From Aureispira anguillae (GTDB lineage Bacteria; Bacteroidota; Bacteroidia; Chitinophagales; Saprospiraceae), in assembly GCF_026000115.1 (NCBI RefSeq), contig NZ_AP026867.1, forward strand, positions 2,649,716 through 2,713,715: 64,000 nucleotides of DNA. The letters are read 5' to 3'. The position numbers and the translations under genes were made by a program. The notes beneath the pieces are model-generated. The model did not search any database. It saw nothing but the letters and a program-made list of their open reading frames with translations, and was not told where the DNA came from. Below, in pieces: positions 29,883 to 42,290 of the stretch (the first letter of the stretch is position 1; each line of letters opens with the position of its first letter).

Positions 29883-31102
29883 GTACTATAAATAAATTAC
29901 CCACAACTGTTCTGAGCGGTTTTCTAGGAGCAGGAAAAACAACATTATTAAATCATATCTTACACAACAAACAAGGCTTAAAGGTTGCTGTTATTGTCAA
30001 TGATATGAGTGAAGTAAACGTTGATGCCAACTTAGTAAAAAATGAAAATATACTCTCTCGCACAGAAGAAAAATTAGTAGAAATGAGCAATGGCTGTATT
30101 TGCTGTACGCTCCGAGAGGATTTAATGATAGAAATAGAACGTTTGGCCAAGGAAAATCGCTTTGACTATTTACTGATTGAAAGTACAGGCATTAGTGAAC
30201 CCATACCCGTTGCGCAAACATTTAGTTTTGTTGATGAAGAAAATGGCATCGACCTTTCTAAGTGGAGTTATATTGATACGATGGTTACGGTTGTTGACGC
30301 TTATAATTTTTTTGCAGATTTTGGCAGCCCAGAAACGTTAATGGATCGAGCATTAACAAATATAGAAAACGACAATCGAACGATTGTCAATCTTTTAATA
30401 GACCAGATCGAATTTGCCAATGTAATTATTCTAAATAAAACAGATCTGGTATCTAAAGAACAGTTGGGCTTTTTAGAAGCCACGATCCATAAGCTCAACC
30501 CTAATGCAAAAATCATAAAATCCACTTTTAGTAACGTTAATCCTACAGAAATCCTTAATACCAACCTTTTTGATTTTGAAGAAGCCGAACAAAGCGCAGG
30601 TTGGATTGAAGAGTTGAATAAAGAGGAACATACACCTGAAACCGAAGAATATGGAATCGGTTCATTTGTCTATCGTAGCAGAATGCCTTTTGAACCAAAC
30701 CGATTTTGGAATTATGTACAGCATGAATTTCCAAATACAGTTATACGAAGTAAAGGCTTATTTTGGTTGGCTTCTCGCCCCAACCAAGCATTGGTTTGGG
30801 GGCAAGCAGGAGGCTCACTAAAAGCAGATAGTGCGGGCGTTTGGTGGAGCAGTATGCCTTACGAGCAACGCATACAATATCTAGCATTTACAGACAATCG
30901 AGAACTCATTGAATCCAGTTGGGATAAAGATTTGGGGGATAGAATCAATGAAATTGTTTTTATTGGTCGAAATATGGATGAAACGCTAATTCGAGAACAA
31001 CTTAATCAGTGTTTGTCTACAAAAGAAGAACTTCCTTCCCAATATTTGGAAAAAGGCTATCATGACGAATGGCCCATCCAGAGAACACATCCTATCGATT
31101 AA
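29879..31102 (+). CDS. COG0523-family G3E GTPase (CobW/ZigA-like putative zinc metallochaperone)
   Basis: 407 aa. P-loop [18 protein letters not shown], metal-binding GCICCTL (CxCC), NKTDL. The C-terminal CobW_C-like domain has the acidic/His stretch [16 protein letters not shown]. Confidence 0.8.
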   Translation: MSTINKLPTTVLSGFLGAGKTTLLNHILHNKQGLKVAVIVNDMSEVNVDANLVKNENILSRTEEKLVEMSNGCICCTLREDLMIEIERLAKENRFDYLLIESTGISEPIPVAQTFSFVDEENGIDLSKWSYIDTMVTVVDAYNFFADFGSPETLMDRALTNIENDNRTIVNLLIDQIEFANVIILNKTDLVSKEQLGFLEATIHKLNPNAKIIKSTFSNVNPTEILNTNLFDFEEAEQSAGWIEELNKEEHTPETEEYGIGSFVYRSRMPFEPNRFWNYVQHEFPNTVIRSKGLFWLASRPNQALVWGQAGGSLKADSAGVWWSSMPYEQRIQYLAFTDNRELIESSWDKDLGDRINEIVFIGRNMDETLIREQLNQCLSTKEELPSQYLEKGYHDEWPIQRTHPID

Positions 31103-31133
31103 GCGGGATTGTTCCTTATCTAGAAAGAAAAAA

Positions 31134-31170
31134 GCCTAATTAAGCAGTTCACTTAATTAGGCTCATTTTT
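31134..31170. terminator. Bidirectional rho-independent terminator between convergent COG0523 and SBBP genes
   Basis: Stem gcctaattaag / cttaattaggc (11 bp) with loop cagttca. It is flanked by gaaaaaa upstream and tcattttttgg downstream. Confidence 0.55.
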
Positions 31171-31191
31171 TGGCTCAAATTGGTCTTTCGC

Positions 31192-34100
31192 CTATTCTTT
31201 TATCATTTTGATAACCGTTCTCTCTTTACCTGAAACGACAGCTACAAAATAAATTCCAGCAGGCAAAAATTGTACAGGCAATGTTATTTTTTTAGTAGCT
31301 GTATAATTTTGATCCAAGACAACCTTACCACTCACATCTAGTACACTGACGTTTAACAAATTAATATATTCAGACAGTTCTATCATTAACAAATCCTTTG
31401 TTGGTATGGGATAATATTTTATCGCTTCAAATAATTGTTTCGTATCCTTTACTCCTGAAATAATAACATTCATACAATTGGAAGTATCAATACAATTATT
31501 GCTTGTGATGATAACGGCATAATTTCCGTTAGCAGGAGGCGTATAACTCTGATTATTTGCTCCTATAATTAAGGTATTTGTATTGCAATCCAACCATTGA
31601 TAAATTGCTCCTGATATATGGTTAGCCATTAGGGTATTTCCTGTTAAATTGATTTGGGCATTGACTGTATCGATCGTTAGATTCAGTGTTATAATCGAAT
31701 CGCAACCCATTCCATTTACCAAGGTATCTGTTGCTGTTGTGCTACTCGTATAGGTCACTCCATTTGTCCATGTATAAGCCCCACAAGCTGTTGCAGATAC
31801 CGTGCTTGTTGTTGCATTATTGATCGTTAAATTCAAGGTTACAATCGAATCGCAACCCATTGCATTTACCAAGGTATCCATTGCCGTTGTACTACTCGTA
31901 TAGGTCACTCCATTTGTCCATGTATACGAACCACAAGCCGTTGCGGATACCATGCTTGTTGTTGCATTATTGATTGTTAAATTCAGTGTTACAATCGAAT
32001 CGCAGCCCATTGCATTTACCAAGGTATCCATTGCCGTTGTGCTGCTCGTATAGGTCATCCCATTTGTCCATGTATAAGCCCCACAAGTTGTTGCAGATAC
32101 CGTGCTTGTTGTTGCATTATTGATTGTTAAATTCAGTGTTACAATCGAATCGCAGCCCATTGCATTTACCAAGGTATCCATTGCCGTTGTGCTGCTCGTA
32201 TAGGTCATCCCATTTGTCCATGTATAAGCCCCACAAGTTGTTGCAGATACCGTGCTTGTTGTTGCATTATTGATTGTTAAATTCAGTGTTATAATCGAAT
32301 CGCAACCTATTGCATTTACCAAGGTATCTGTTGCCGTTGTACTGCTCGTATAGGTCACCCCATTTATCCATGTATAAGCCCCACAAGCCGTTGCAGATAC
32401 CATGCTTGTTGTTGCATTATTGATCGTCAAATTCAAGGTTATAATCGAATCGCAACCCATTGCATTCACCAAGGTATCTGTTGCTGTTGTGCTACTCGTA
32501 TAGGTCATTCCATTTATCCATGTGTACGTGTCACAGGCACTTGCGGATATGGTAGAGGATGTGTTAGAACATATACGTCCTCTAAATTTAGCTAAAAATC
32601 CATCATAAACTCCTCCTCCATGAACATTCTGATGCCCACCCAAAGCTATATCTGTAATAGATTGTGTCCAACCTGCCAAATATATATTACCCGCAGAATC
32701 GGCAGCACAAGCAACCCCTTCATCTCTACTGATCCCCCCATAATAGGTTCCCCATTGGCGAGCACCACTGCTGTCAAACTTAACCAAAAATGCATCAAAA
32801 GTTCCTCCCCCATAAACATTTTGATGCCCTACTGAGGCTATATTTGTAGTAGATCCAGTATATCCAACCAAGAACACATTACCCTCTCTATCCACTGAAA
32901 CATTCTCTAACTTATCTCTGCTACTCCCCCCATAATAAGTTCCCCATTGGCGTACTCCATTGTTATTAAATTTAACCAAAAACGCATCGTAGTCCGTCCA
33001 AGAACCGTGTATATTTTGATGACCATTAAAAACAATATTATTAAGCGATCGAGTAGACCCACCTAGAAAAACATTCCCCTGTATATCTACAGCGATACGC
33101 CCTTCTCGATCAGAACTATTTCCTCCATAATAAGTCCCCCACTGACGTACGCCATTATTATTCAATTTAACTAAAAAAACATCATCAACGCCTCCTCCAT
33201 GGGTAGCTTGATGGGCATTTGAAACGATATTGTTAAGAGATCGAGTAATTCCACTCAAGAATACATTACCTTGCGTATCGATAGCCGTTCCCAAACCAAG
33301 TTCATCGTCATTCCCTCCATAATAAGTCGCCCACTGACGCACACCGCTGCTGTTAAACTTGACCAAAAACGCATCGACGTTTCCTCCAAAATTATTTTGA
33401 TGTCCTCCCACAGTAGCTATATTGTTAAGTGATCCTGTAGTTCCACACAAGAATACATTATCTTGTCCATCTATTGCTATACTTGTACCTTCATCACTAT
33501 TATTTCCCCCGTAGTAAGTCGCCCACTGACGAACACCACTACTGTTAAATTTGACCAAAAACGCATCCAAAGTTCCTCCCCCATAAACATTTTGATGTCC
33601 TCCTGACGCTATATTATTACTTGATTCCGTAATCCCTGTTAAAAATATATTGCCACTTCCATCCGATACACAATCATATCCACCATCAAAATCACTGCCT
33701 CCATAATAAGTCGCCCACTGGCGGACACCATTACTGTTAAATTTAACTAAAAAGGCATCTGTATCTCCTCCAAAAGTATTTTGATGTCCTCCTGACGCTA
33801 TATTGGTAGTAGAATAAGTGTTTCCTGCTAAAAAAACGTTGCCACTAAGATCTACTGTGCATGAATAACCAAATTCATAGTTATTGCCCCCATAATAAGT
33901 TGCCCATATTAAGCTAGGATCAATAATTAAATCTTTATTGGTGTCATAATTGGCTAATTTAAACGATATAGTATGATCACTTAATTGAAATTGGGTTGAA
34001 ATTTCATGCGTTCCTTGAAAAGAAACGGGCGCTTGCTCCGTAATACTTCCCATCCTATTGGAAATCGTAAAACTACCATTCTCGTTCATTTTTATCGTTT

Positions 34101-34707
34101 CGTGATCTTTGAAATGGATTTGTATTTGATTAGGGTCTGCACCAGCATGTACGATGAAGTCATACTTTAGCCCCTGCTCCGTACTGTAAACCACCCAATC
34201 AATACCAGGGTATATGTCTTGATAAATAAGCTTCTGAAAACTATGTACTTTTAGAGCCTCTTTATTATAATAATTGATGTAATCTTGGCTTTTTCCCTCT
34301 GTCATAATAGTTGCATTCGGATTCGCTCCTACCAATTCCATATCCATACGATACGTTTCTAGCCGAATTTGGTCACGCAATCGCTCTTGTTCTTTGCGTT
34401 CTGTGGGGGTAAGGTTTTTAGAATTCTGTTGGTATCCTTTAGGATAATGCACCTTACTAAATTGATAAGCGATTCCCTTCGGTAACATAAAAAGTTGCAA
34501 TGCTCCTTTTTGATAATGATACCTAACATTAGGCGCAGCGTGATTATTGTGATTTTGTATTTGTCCTTTATTCTCTTCAAAAAAAGTCGGTTTTTCTTCT
34601 AGGAATTTATTAGCCTGATTCACCGTCATTTTTTGAGCCTCAACAGCAAAATGATTGCCTAATAAAAATAATAAAGTAGTGTAAAAAATAAAAAATGAGC
34701 ACTTCAT
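31192..34707 (-). CDS. Giant T9SS-secreted protein: about 10 SBBP beta-propeller repeats + 6 tandem 50-aa Cys repeats + C-terminal sorting domain
   Basis: Signal peptide. SBBP units (ATYYGGNNYEFGYSCTVDLSGNVFLAGNTYSTTNIASGGHQNTFGGDTDAFLVKFNSNGVRQW) occur ten times. Six copies of CxxYTWxNGxTYTSSTTAxDTLVNAxGCDSIxTLNLTINNATTS follow. The CTD is KYYPIPTKDLLMIE...AGIYFVAVVSGK. Confidence 0.8.
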   Translation of the reverse strand: MKCSFFIFYTTLLFLLGNHFAVEAQKMTVNQANKFLEEKPTFFEENKGQIQNHNNHAAPNVRYHYQKGALQLFMLPKGIAYQFSKVHYPKGYQQNSKNLTPTERKEQERLRDQIRLETYRMDMELVGANPNATIMTEGKSQDYINYYNKEALKVHSFQKLIYQDIYPGIDWVVYSTEQGLKYDFIVHAGADPNQIQIHFKDHETIKMNENGSFTISNRMGSITEQAPVSFQGTHEISTQFQLSDHTISFKLANYDTNKDLIIDPSLIWATYYGGNNYEFGYSCTVDLSGNVFLAGNTYSTTNIASGGHQNTFGGDTDAFLVKFNSNGVRQWATYYGGSDFDGGYDCVSDGSGNIFLTGITESSNNIASGGHQNVYGGGTLDAFLVKFNSSGVRQWATYYGGNNSDEGTSIAIDGQDNVFLCGTTGSLNNIATVGGHQNNFGGNVDAFLVKFNSSGVRQWATYYGGNDDELGLGTAIDTQGNVFLSGITRSLNNIVSNAHQATHGGGVDDVFLVKLNNNGVRQWGTYYGGNSSDREGRIAVDIQGNVFLGGSTRSLNNIVFNGHQNIHGSWTDYDAFLVKFNNNGVRQWGTYYGGSSRDKLENVSVDREGNVFLVGYTGSTTNIASVGHQNVYGGGTFDAFLVKFDSSGARQWGTYYGGISRDEGVACAADSAGNIYLAGWTQSITDIALGGHQNVHGGGVYDGFLAKFRGRICSNTSSTISASACDTYTWINGMTYTSSTTATDTLVNAMGCDSIITLNLTINNATTSMVSATACGAYTWINGVTYTSSTTATDTLVNAIGCDSIITLNLTINNATTSTVSATTCGAYTWTNGMTYTSSTTAMDTLVNAMGCDSIVTLNLTINNATTSTVSATTCGAYTWTNGMTYTSSTTAMDTLVNAMGCDSIVTLNLTINNATTSMVSATACGSYTWTNGVTYTSSTTAMDTLVNAMGCDSIVTLNLTINNATTSTVSATACGAYTWTNGVTYTSSTTATDTLVNGMGCDSIITLNLTIDTVNAQINLTGNTLMANHISGAIYQWLDCNTNTLIIGANNQSYTPPANGNYAVIITSNNCIDTSNCMNVIISGVKDTKQLFEAIKYYPIPTKDLLMIELSEYINLLNVSVLDVSGKVVLDQNYTATKKITLPVQFLPAGIYFVAVVSGKERTVIKMIKE
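31663..32560 (-). repeat. Six in-frame tandem 150-bp repeats (two copies 100% identical) inside the SBBP gene
   Basis: The unit recurs at 31741, 31891, 32041, 32191, 32341 and 32491 (...ctcgtataggtca...). Blocks 31981-32130 and 32131-32280 are identical. Confidence 0.85.
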
Positions 34708-34944
34708 AAAAATTATACTTTAATCTGTAATTGGAAATAATGCTCAAAGATACCCTAAAAGGATTCCAATTAGTTTGTTGGATCATTGCAGTTATAATTA
34801 TATTACACCTAAAGTAGTAGCAAAAAACTTTATGCAAAAAATTAAAACACTATCAATCAAACTTTTAAAACTCAAAAAACCACCTCACAACTTTTCTACC
34901 TCTAAACAAAAGAGATAAAAAATAAAGAAATACCAACAATTATC

Positions 34945-36417
34945 ATGAATCGAGAAATACAGCATTTATACGCAGAGCTATCGACCAAAGACAAAGATGA
35001 ATTATGGAAAGATTATGCGCAGTCTCCCAAAATGCTACGCTATCTTCAACTTTTGGAAAGTGCTCAGTTGTTCAATACTCCCAAAGCCATTCAATTTATT
35101 TATGAAGAAGATTACACCGCCGTAGAAGATCAGATTTTGACCAATCGCTTTTATAAATTGCGGAAAGTATTGCGTATAAAATTATTGAATAAATTAAAAA
35201 ATGTACTCCGAAGCCATACCGAAGAAGAAATAGAATTAAAATTTTTGCAGTTATTGTTCTTCAAAAACGAACATGCTTATGTCTTGGACAAAGCACAGAA
35301 ATTGGAAAAAAAATATTGGGAAGCGAATTTATTTGAGTTATTGCCAGATCTACTCCATCTTATCATTTCGACCTTACATTTCCACAAGTCTCGTAATGTA
35401 GATGAAATAGCGGAATACATTGAGAAGCTAGATTTAGCCAATGAATTGCAATATACGCTCTATAAATTTAAAAATTCCATTAATTCGTTTAGGCTGCACG
35501 TTTTGGGTGTTTATAATCTTTCTGAAATAAGTGAACACTACAATACTACCATTGCTAAAATGAAACGAAAATCTAACGACTGGAAACAATTCACAAGATT
35601 TCGTTTAATATACCATTATGCTAGTTTTTCCATTGGTTCTAAACTCCAAAATGTTGTCCACAAATCAGGAAATGCACTAACCCGTCACCTAAATCAGCTA
35701 GAAAAAATATTAGCAGAACATCCCGAGATGCCTATCATGGATTATATCACCAATCATAGACTATATTACCTTAATTCAATTCTTTTAAATAAAGCCGTTT
35801 ATTGGTACCAAAAGGGGAAAACAAAAAAAAGCTATCAATGCATCTTGGATTATGAAACACTTAGAGCAGAAGTCCCAGAAATAGCACTTCCCGAATCAGG
35901 ACCAGATTTTGATAATATTTTATTGTGTTGCTGGGCTGCTAAAGAGTACAAAACTATGCTCGCATACACCCAGAAATTAAAAGAATTCCAAATCAGTAAT
36001 GTTGCTCTAAAAACGCAAATTCCTTATTTTGTCTATCAATTATTGGCTTATACTGGTTTATACCCAAAAGAAAAACATCCCAACCCCTCTCAATTGACCC
36101 TAGTAGCAGAAAAATTCTTAGAGACTGCTGCTGAAAGTTTTGATTGGGTTTATGGTGTTTTAGGAACCTTTACTATGCTCTATGGGGATTACAAACGAAG
36201 TAGAAAACTCCTAGAACACCCTCCCTTAATTACCGAATACCAACAAGCGGAATACAATATTCCTACCATAGAATTGTTGGATGCTATAGAAGCGAATAAT
36301 TACGAAGCGATAATTACCCTCACAAGAAAAATACGCCTGTTCAAGAAAAAAAATACTGATAGAGACATATTAACTCATTTAGAAGAATTAGAAATGTTAA
36401 CCAAGTTATTTTTGTGA
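34945..36417 (+). CDS. Hypothetical protein
   Basis: 490 aa, soluble and helical. No recognisable motif. Confidence 0.5.
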   Translation: MNREIQHLYAELSTKDKDELWKDYAQSPKMLRYLQLLESAQLFNTPKAIQFIYEEDYTAVEDQILTNRFYKLRKVLRIKLLNKLKNVLRSHTEEEIELKFLQLLFFKNEHAYVLDKAQKLEKKYWEANLFELLPDLLHLIISTLHFHKSRNVDEIAEYIEKLDLANELQYTLYKFKNSINSFRLHVLGVYNLSEISEHYNTTIAKMKRKSNDWKQFTRFRLIYHYASFSIGSKLQNVVHKSGNALTRHLNQLEKILAEHPEMPIMDYITNHRLYYLNSILLNKAVYWYQKGKTKKSYQCILDYETLRAEVPEIALPESGPDFDNILLCCWAAKEYKTMLAYTQKLKEFQISNVALKTQIPYFVYQLLAYTGLYPKEKHPNPSQLTLVAEKFLETAAESFDWVYGVLGTFTMLYGDYKRSRKLLEHPPLITEYQQAEYNIPTIELLDAIEANNYEAIITLTRKIRLFKKKNTDRDILTHLEELEMLTKLFL

Positions 36418-36483
36418 TCGTTTTTTAATGAATTGTGATCTAACAACCTAGCAAATAACAATCTGTTCTAATATACCCAAACT

Positions 36484-37095
36484 ATGCCATTAAAGACCAA
36501 AGAAGCCGTTTGTAATTGGGTCAATGAAAAATTAAAACAACACCAAATACAAAATAAGAAGAAGTTTTTGAAGTATGATTCTTGTATAAATCTATGGGTG
36601 AGTAATATACTTCGCCCTAAGAAAGTACAAGTTCCCATTTATACTACTAAATGGAAACTAAAAATACTTCGTTCCTTGCAAAAGTTATTTTACGGCCCAG
36701 AAGAAATGAAAATGGAGCATTGGTGTTCAAGGATAGATTTTTCTAAAATTATCTGGGCTGATCAATGGAAAAAATATCCTTTTACTTATGAAATCGCCCT
36801 CCCTAAATATACAACAGAGCATAAATACTGCTGGGAAATTAGTCTTAATCATGCATTTTTTCAAGAGGACTTACAATTTGGAGTAAGACCTATCCATGTT
36901 TATAAATATACAGTAGACATGGGAAAAGGTCCTCTCATTGTTAACAAAAACAACGGCAAAATATATGCCTTAGGGAGTGGAGTGATGCTCATCGATTGCA
37001 TTAAAGATTTTGAACATTTTATAATGCAACAACATTCTGACCTGCAGTGGGATTGCTATGAAGTCAAATCCTCCAACTTCCCATTCTATTCTTGA
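36484..37095 (+). CDS. Hypothetical protein
   Basis: 203 aa. No recognisable motif. Confidence 0.5.
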   Translation: MPLKTKEAVCNWVNEKLKQHQIQNKKKFLKYDSCINLWVSNILRPKKVQVPIYTTKWKLKILRSLQKLFYGPEEMKMEHWCSRIDFSKIIWADQWKKYPFTYEIALPKYTTEHKYCWEISLNHAFFQEDLQFGVRPIHVYKYTVDMGKGPLIVNKNNGKIYALGSGVMLIDCIKDFEHFIMQQHSDLQWDCYEVKSSNFPFYS

Positions 37096-37241
37096 ACTCT
37101 ATTTTTTCCCTAAATTCAAAAAACAGTCATTAGTGTTTAGTTGGACAAATTTTTTAACAAAAAAAAAGAACGCAACCGTAATGAAAGTAGATTACTTAGT
37201 TCTACATTTAAGCGTTTTTTTCACTCCCTAAAAATAAAATC

Positions 37242-37604
37242 ATGAAAAATACCTCCATTAATGTACTTAGCTTATTGTTTTGCCTACTATTTTTTCTTAC
37301 CTCGCCAGCAACAATCAATGCTGCAATAGAATATAACCCTCCCGTTAAAAAGACAAAAGTTGTCCAAAAAAAGCATAAAAAAAGAAAGGCTGCTTCTCGT
37401 AAAAAAAAGATAAAAAAAGAAAGCCGATTATCTCCTATGGTCGTCCTTCTTTTATTATCAGTGGTTTTTATTACAGGAGTTGTTTTGCTAATTGTTGGAT
37501 TGGTGCAGATGAACCCCGTACTTTGGATTACTGCATTGTGTTTGTTGGGAGCCTTCTTATTAACACTTTTCCTTTTTCTTTTCAAAAAGAAAATTAGACG
37601 TTAA
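37242..37604 (+). CDS. Small secreted/membrane protein with Lys-rich segment
   Basis: 120 aa: signal peptide, KKTKVVQKKHKKRKAASRKKKIKKE, then two TM helices. Chosen over the antisense ORF 37208-37585 because of the signal peptide and TM architecture. Confidence 0.35.
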   Translation: MKNTSINVLSLLFCLLFFLTSPATINAAIEYNPPVKKTKVVQKKHKKRKAASRKKKIKKESRLSPMVVLLLLSVVFITGVVLLIVGLVQMNPVLWITALCLLGAFLLTLFLFLFKKKIRR

Positions 37605-37923
37605 TTTTTACTTATTTTCAGTTGCAAATCACTTGCCCCTTTTAATCTAAAAATCTCTTTACACTTAGCTAGCAAGGTCTCCTTTAAACGTATAAATGGA
37701 GACTTTGTCATTTCTATGCCCTTCCTAAAAATTGCCAATCATCCTATTCAACCTTCTTGATCGATTCCCCCAAAAGTCCTTTGTTATCCGTTCAGTTTTT
37801 TTTGCATCTATAACAACTCGTATCGCTATAAATTACTGAACATTCATCATGCCTAAACCAACATCTACAGCATCTATATTGGCATCTATAATATAGTTTT
37901 TATGAATAATCTATTTGCGCTAG

Positions 37924-40257
<2,334 letters not shown>

Positions 40258-40284
40258 TCTGCTGCTCCCCAAGGCACAATAACG

Positions 40285-40325
40285 ATAGCGGTTTAGGTTT
40301 TTATCTAAGCCGCTATTTCTGTTAT
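40285..40325 (+). terminator. Putative rho-independent terminator after katG
   Basis: atagcggtttag / ctaagccgctat stem (one G.U pair) with loop gtttttat, followed by ttctgttattt. Confidence 0.4.
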
Positions 40326-40577
40326 TTACAGAGCAACTATCCCATTTTGTATTCAATTACCTCCGATCTTCCTAAGATATAGTCACAACCATTACCACTA
40401 ATTTATCTCTCAACAATAGATATTTTTAGGAATTAAGGATAAAAGTTCTTGTTCATCTTATTTAAACAGTATATTTATAGATGAAGGGTTATACTTAGGG
40501 ATGAACGTACAACTTAAATGTTCATTGCTTAATTCTAATTGTAACACATTATTGTCTCATCGTTAAAAGAATTTTAT

Positions 40578-41009
40578 ATGGCAGATAGTTTCAACAAAAA
40601 AGAACGTGAAAAGAAAAAGGAAAAAAGAAGAAAAGAAAAAGCAGAACGAAAGCTAAAACAAAAACTAGAAGGAAACAAAACCGAAGAATTCATGTATTTG
40701 GATGAAAATGGGAATCTCACTCCCATAAAACCAGATCCTAGTAAAAAAACTGAAATTAATCTCGAAGACATTGAAATCGGTGTTCCGAAAAAAACGGACC
40801 TAGAAGAAGAGCTTGTCCAAACTGGTGTTGTCAAGTTTTTTAACACAGAAAAAGGGTATGGATTCATTACTAAAAAAGATTCCAACGAAAGTATATTTGT
40901 CCATGTTAACAACCTCATTGATGAAATAAAAGATAAGGACAAAGTTGCTTTTGAAGTAGAAATGGGGGCTAAAGGTCCCATTGCTGTAAATGTAAAGTTG
41001 CTCCCTTAA
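40578..41009 (+). CDS. Cold-shock-domain protein with about 75-aa K/E-rich N-terminal extension
   Basis: C-terminal CSD GVVKFFNTEKGYGFITKKDSNESIFVHVNNL (RNP1-like KGYGFI, RNP2-like VFVHV). The N-terminus is KKEREKKKEKRRKEKAERKLKQK. Confidence 0.75.
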   Translation: MADSFNKKEREKKKEKRRKEKAERKLKQKLEGNKTEEFMYLDENGNLTPIKPDPSKKTEINLEDIEIGVPKKTDLEEELVQTGVVKFFNTEKGYGFITKKDSNESIFVHVNNLIDEIKDKDKVAFEVEMGAKGPIAVNVKLLP

Positions 41010-41229
41010 AAATATCGACCAATTACAAAATACACACTGTAAGATTTAAAATCTATCAAATTTCACCTTTTGCGCTCCACAGAACAGGTGGCTGCGAATG
41101 CTGCATCGTCAGTTGGGGAAACACGCTGCTTCTTGGTGTATTTTCTTAAACTGGCGTTAAAGTTTTTTATTATTTATTCCCTTCATAATTTAAAAGGCTC
41201 TTTCGTTTAAGTTTGCCTAAATAAAAATA

Positions 41230-41643
41230 ATGACCGAATTATCACCAGAATATTTCAAGCTTGTAGCAGAGCAATTAGTTTTAATTAGTGTTTTTCTTGG
41301 AGGAATTTCTACTACTATTTTGGGCACAATCATTATGCATGAAAGTGATGATAAAATACTCAAGTTTATGATCTTGGGATTATCGCTTGCAGCAGTATCA
41401 TTTATCGTCTCGGTTATCGGGATGAATAAAGTGCTAATGGTTTTAGCTCCCGACTCTCCTTACCAAAATAAAAATGAACTATTGTTTTACCCTCGTTTAA
41501 TTGGTGGGCTATCCTTTTATTTAGGTATCTATTCACTCCTTTTTGTTATAGGGTTGACGGGATGGATGAAATCCAAGAAAATAGGTATTTTTACAACAAC
41601 AATCGGAATTTTGAGTGCCTATCTAATATTTATCTTAACCTAA
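41230..41643 (+). CDS. Hypothetical membrane protein
   Basis: 137 aa with four TM helices. Confidence 0.45.
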   Translation: MTELSPEYFKLVAEQLVLISVFLGGISTTILGTIIMHESDDKILKFMILGLSLAAVSFIVSVIGMNKVLMVLAPDSPYQNKNELLFYPRLIGGLSFYLGIYSLLFVIGLTGWMKSKKIGIFTTTIGILSAYLIFILT

Positions 41644-42008
41644 GAAAAAAACTTAGTCGTAAATAGATAATACTCCGTTGCTTTTTTAGTTTATTAAGCC
41701 ATCAAAACTCATAACACTGATAACCAACATAGTACATTTTTAATGGGTTTATTTTTTCTAAGTACGTTGAGAGAGAAAAGAGCAGGTTAAAAATTGGCGT
41801 ATAAGTAGGGTAATCAATACCTATTGTTCTTTTTGCATTAGCTTCGCTGCTACTCCGTGGTGCCCAATGAATTTATTTAAATACTACTAGAGTAGAATTT
41901 AAATAAATGAACCAAACCAAAAACGCTAGGACTGGATGACTTCTTGGACAAAGTATCTTCTTGAAAACTTAGGCTTTCAGAAACTCGCTTCGCTCAGATA
42001 TGAGCTTT

Positions 42009-42037
42009 ATTTTAATAGATTGAGAATCTATTAAAAT
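42009..42037. terminator. AT-only 13-bp perfect hairpin (attttaatagatt-gag-aatctattaaaat) between convergent genes
   Basis: Lies in the 640-bp non-coding gap between the + gene ending at 41643 and the - gene ending at 42291. Possibly a bidirectional terminator or a protein-binding palindrome. Confidence 0.25.
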
Positions 42038-42290
42038 GAAGGGAACCAAAAACCTTCATGCTATGCCTTTGGTACCTTGCACCAAGCTTACGCAGTTCCC
42101 TACGGTCATCTTATAGAAAAATAACAGTTTTCTGCGGCGTACTTTGTTCCCAATCAGTCATATGCCCACCCAAAAACACTCCTAAAAACATTCAAAAGAA
42201 ATTTATTGCAAATAATAGCATCTAAAACACTTGGAGCAATACATTTATTTTACTCCTGAAAGCGTATAAGTAGCTTTAATAAGTCCTACA

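Noticed and set aside
31663-32560. Regular 150-bp direct repeats - CRISPR array?
   Set aside because: The repeats are contiguous without spacers, in-frame inside a 1171-aa CDS, and there are no cas genes.
37208-37585. Minus-strand 125-aa ORF overlapping the plus-strand 120-aa ORF
   Set aside because: Only one can be real. The plus-strand product has a signal peptide and two TM helices, whereas the minus product is a basic low-complexity mirror.
41644-42290. Possible tRNA or other ncRNA in the long intergenic gap
   Set aside because: No cloverleaf-compatible segment or conserved ncRNA signature seen by eye. Only an AT hairpin was reported.
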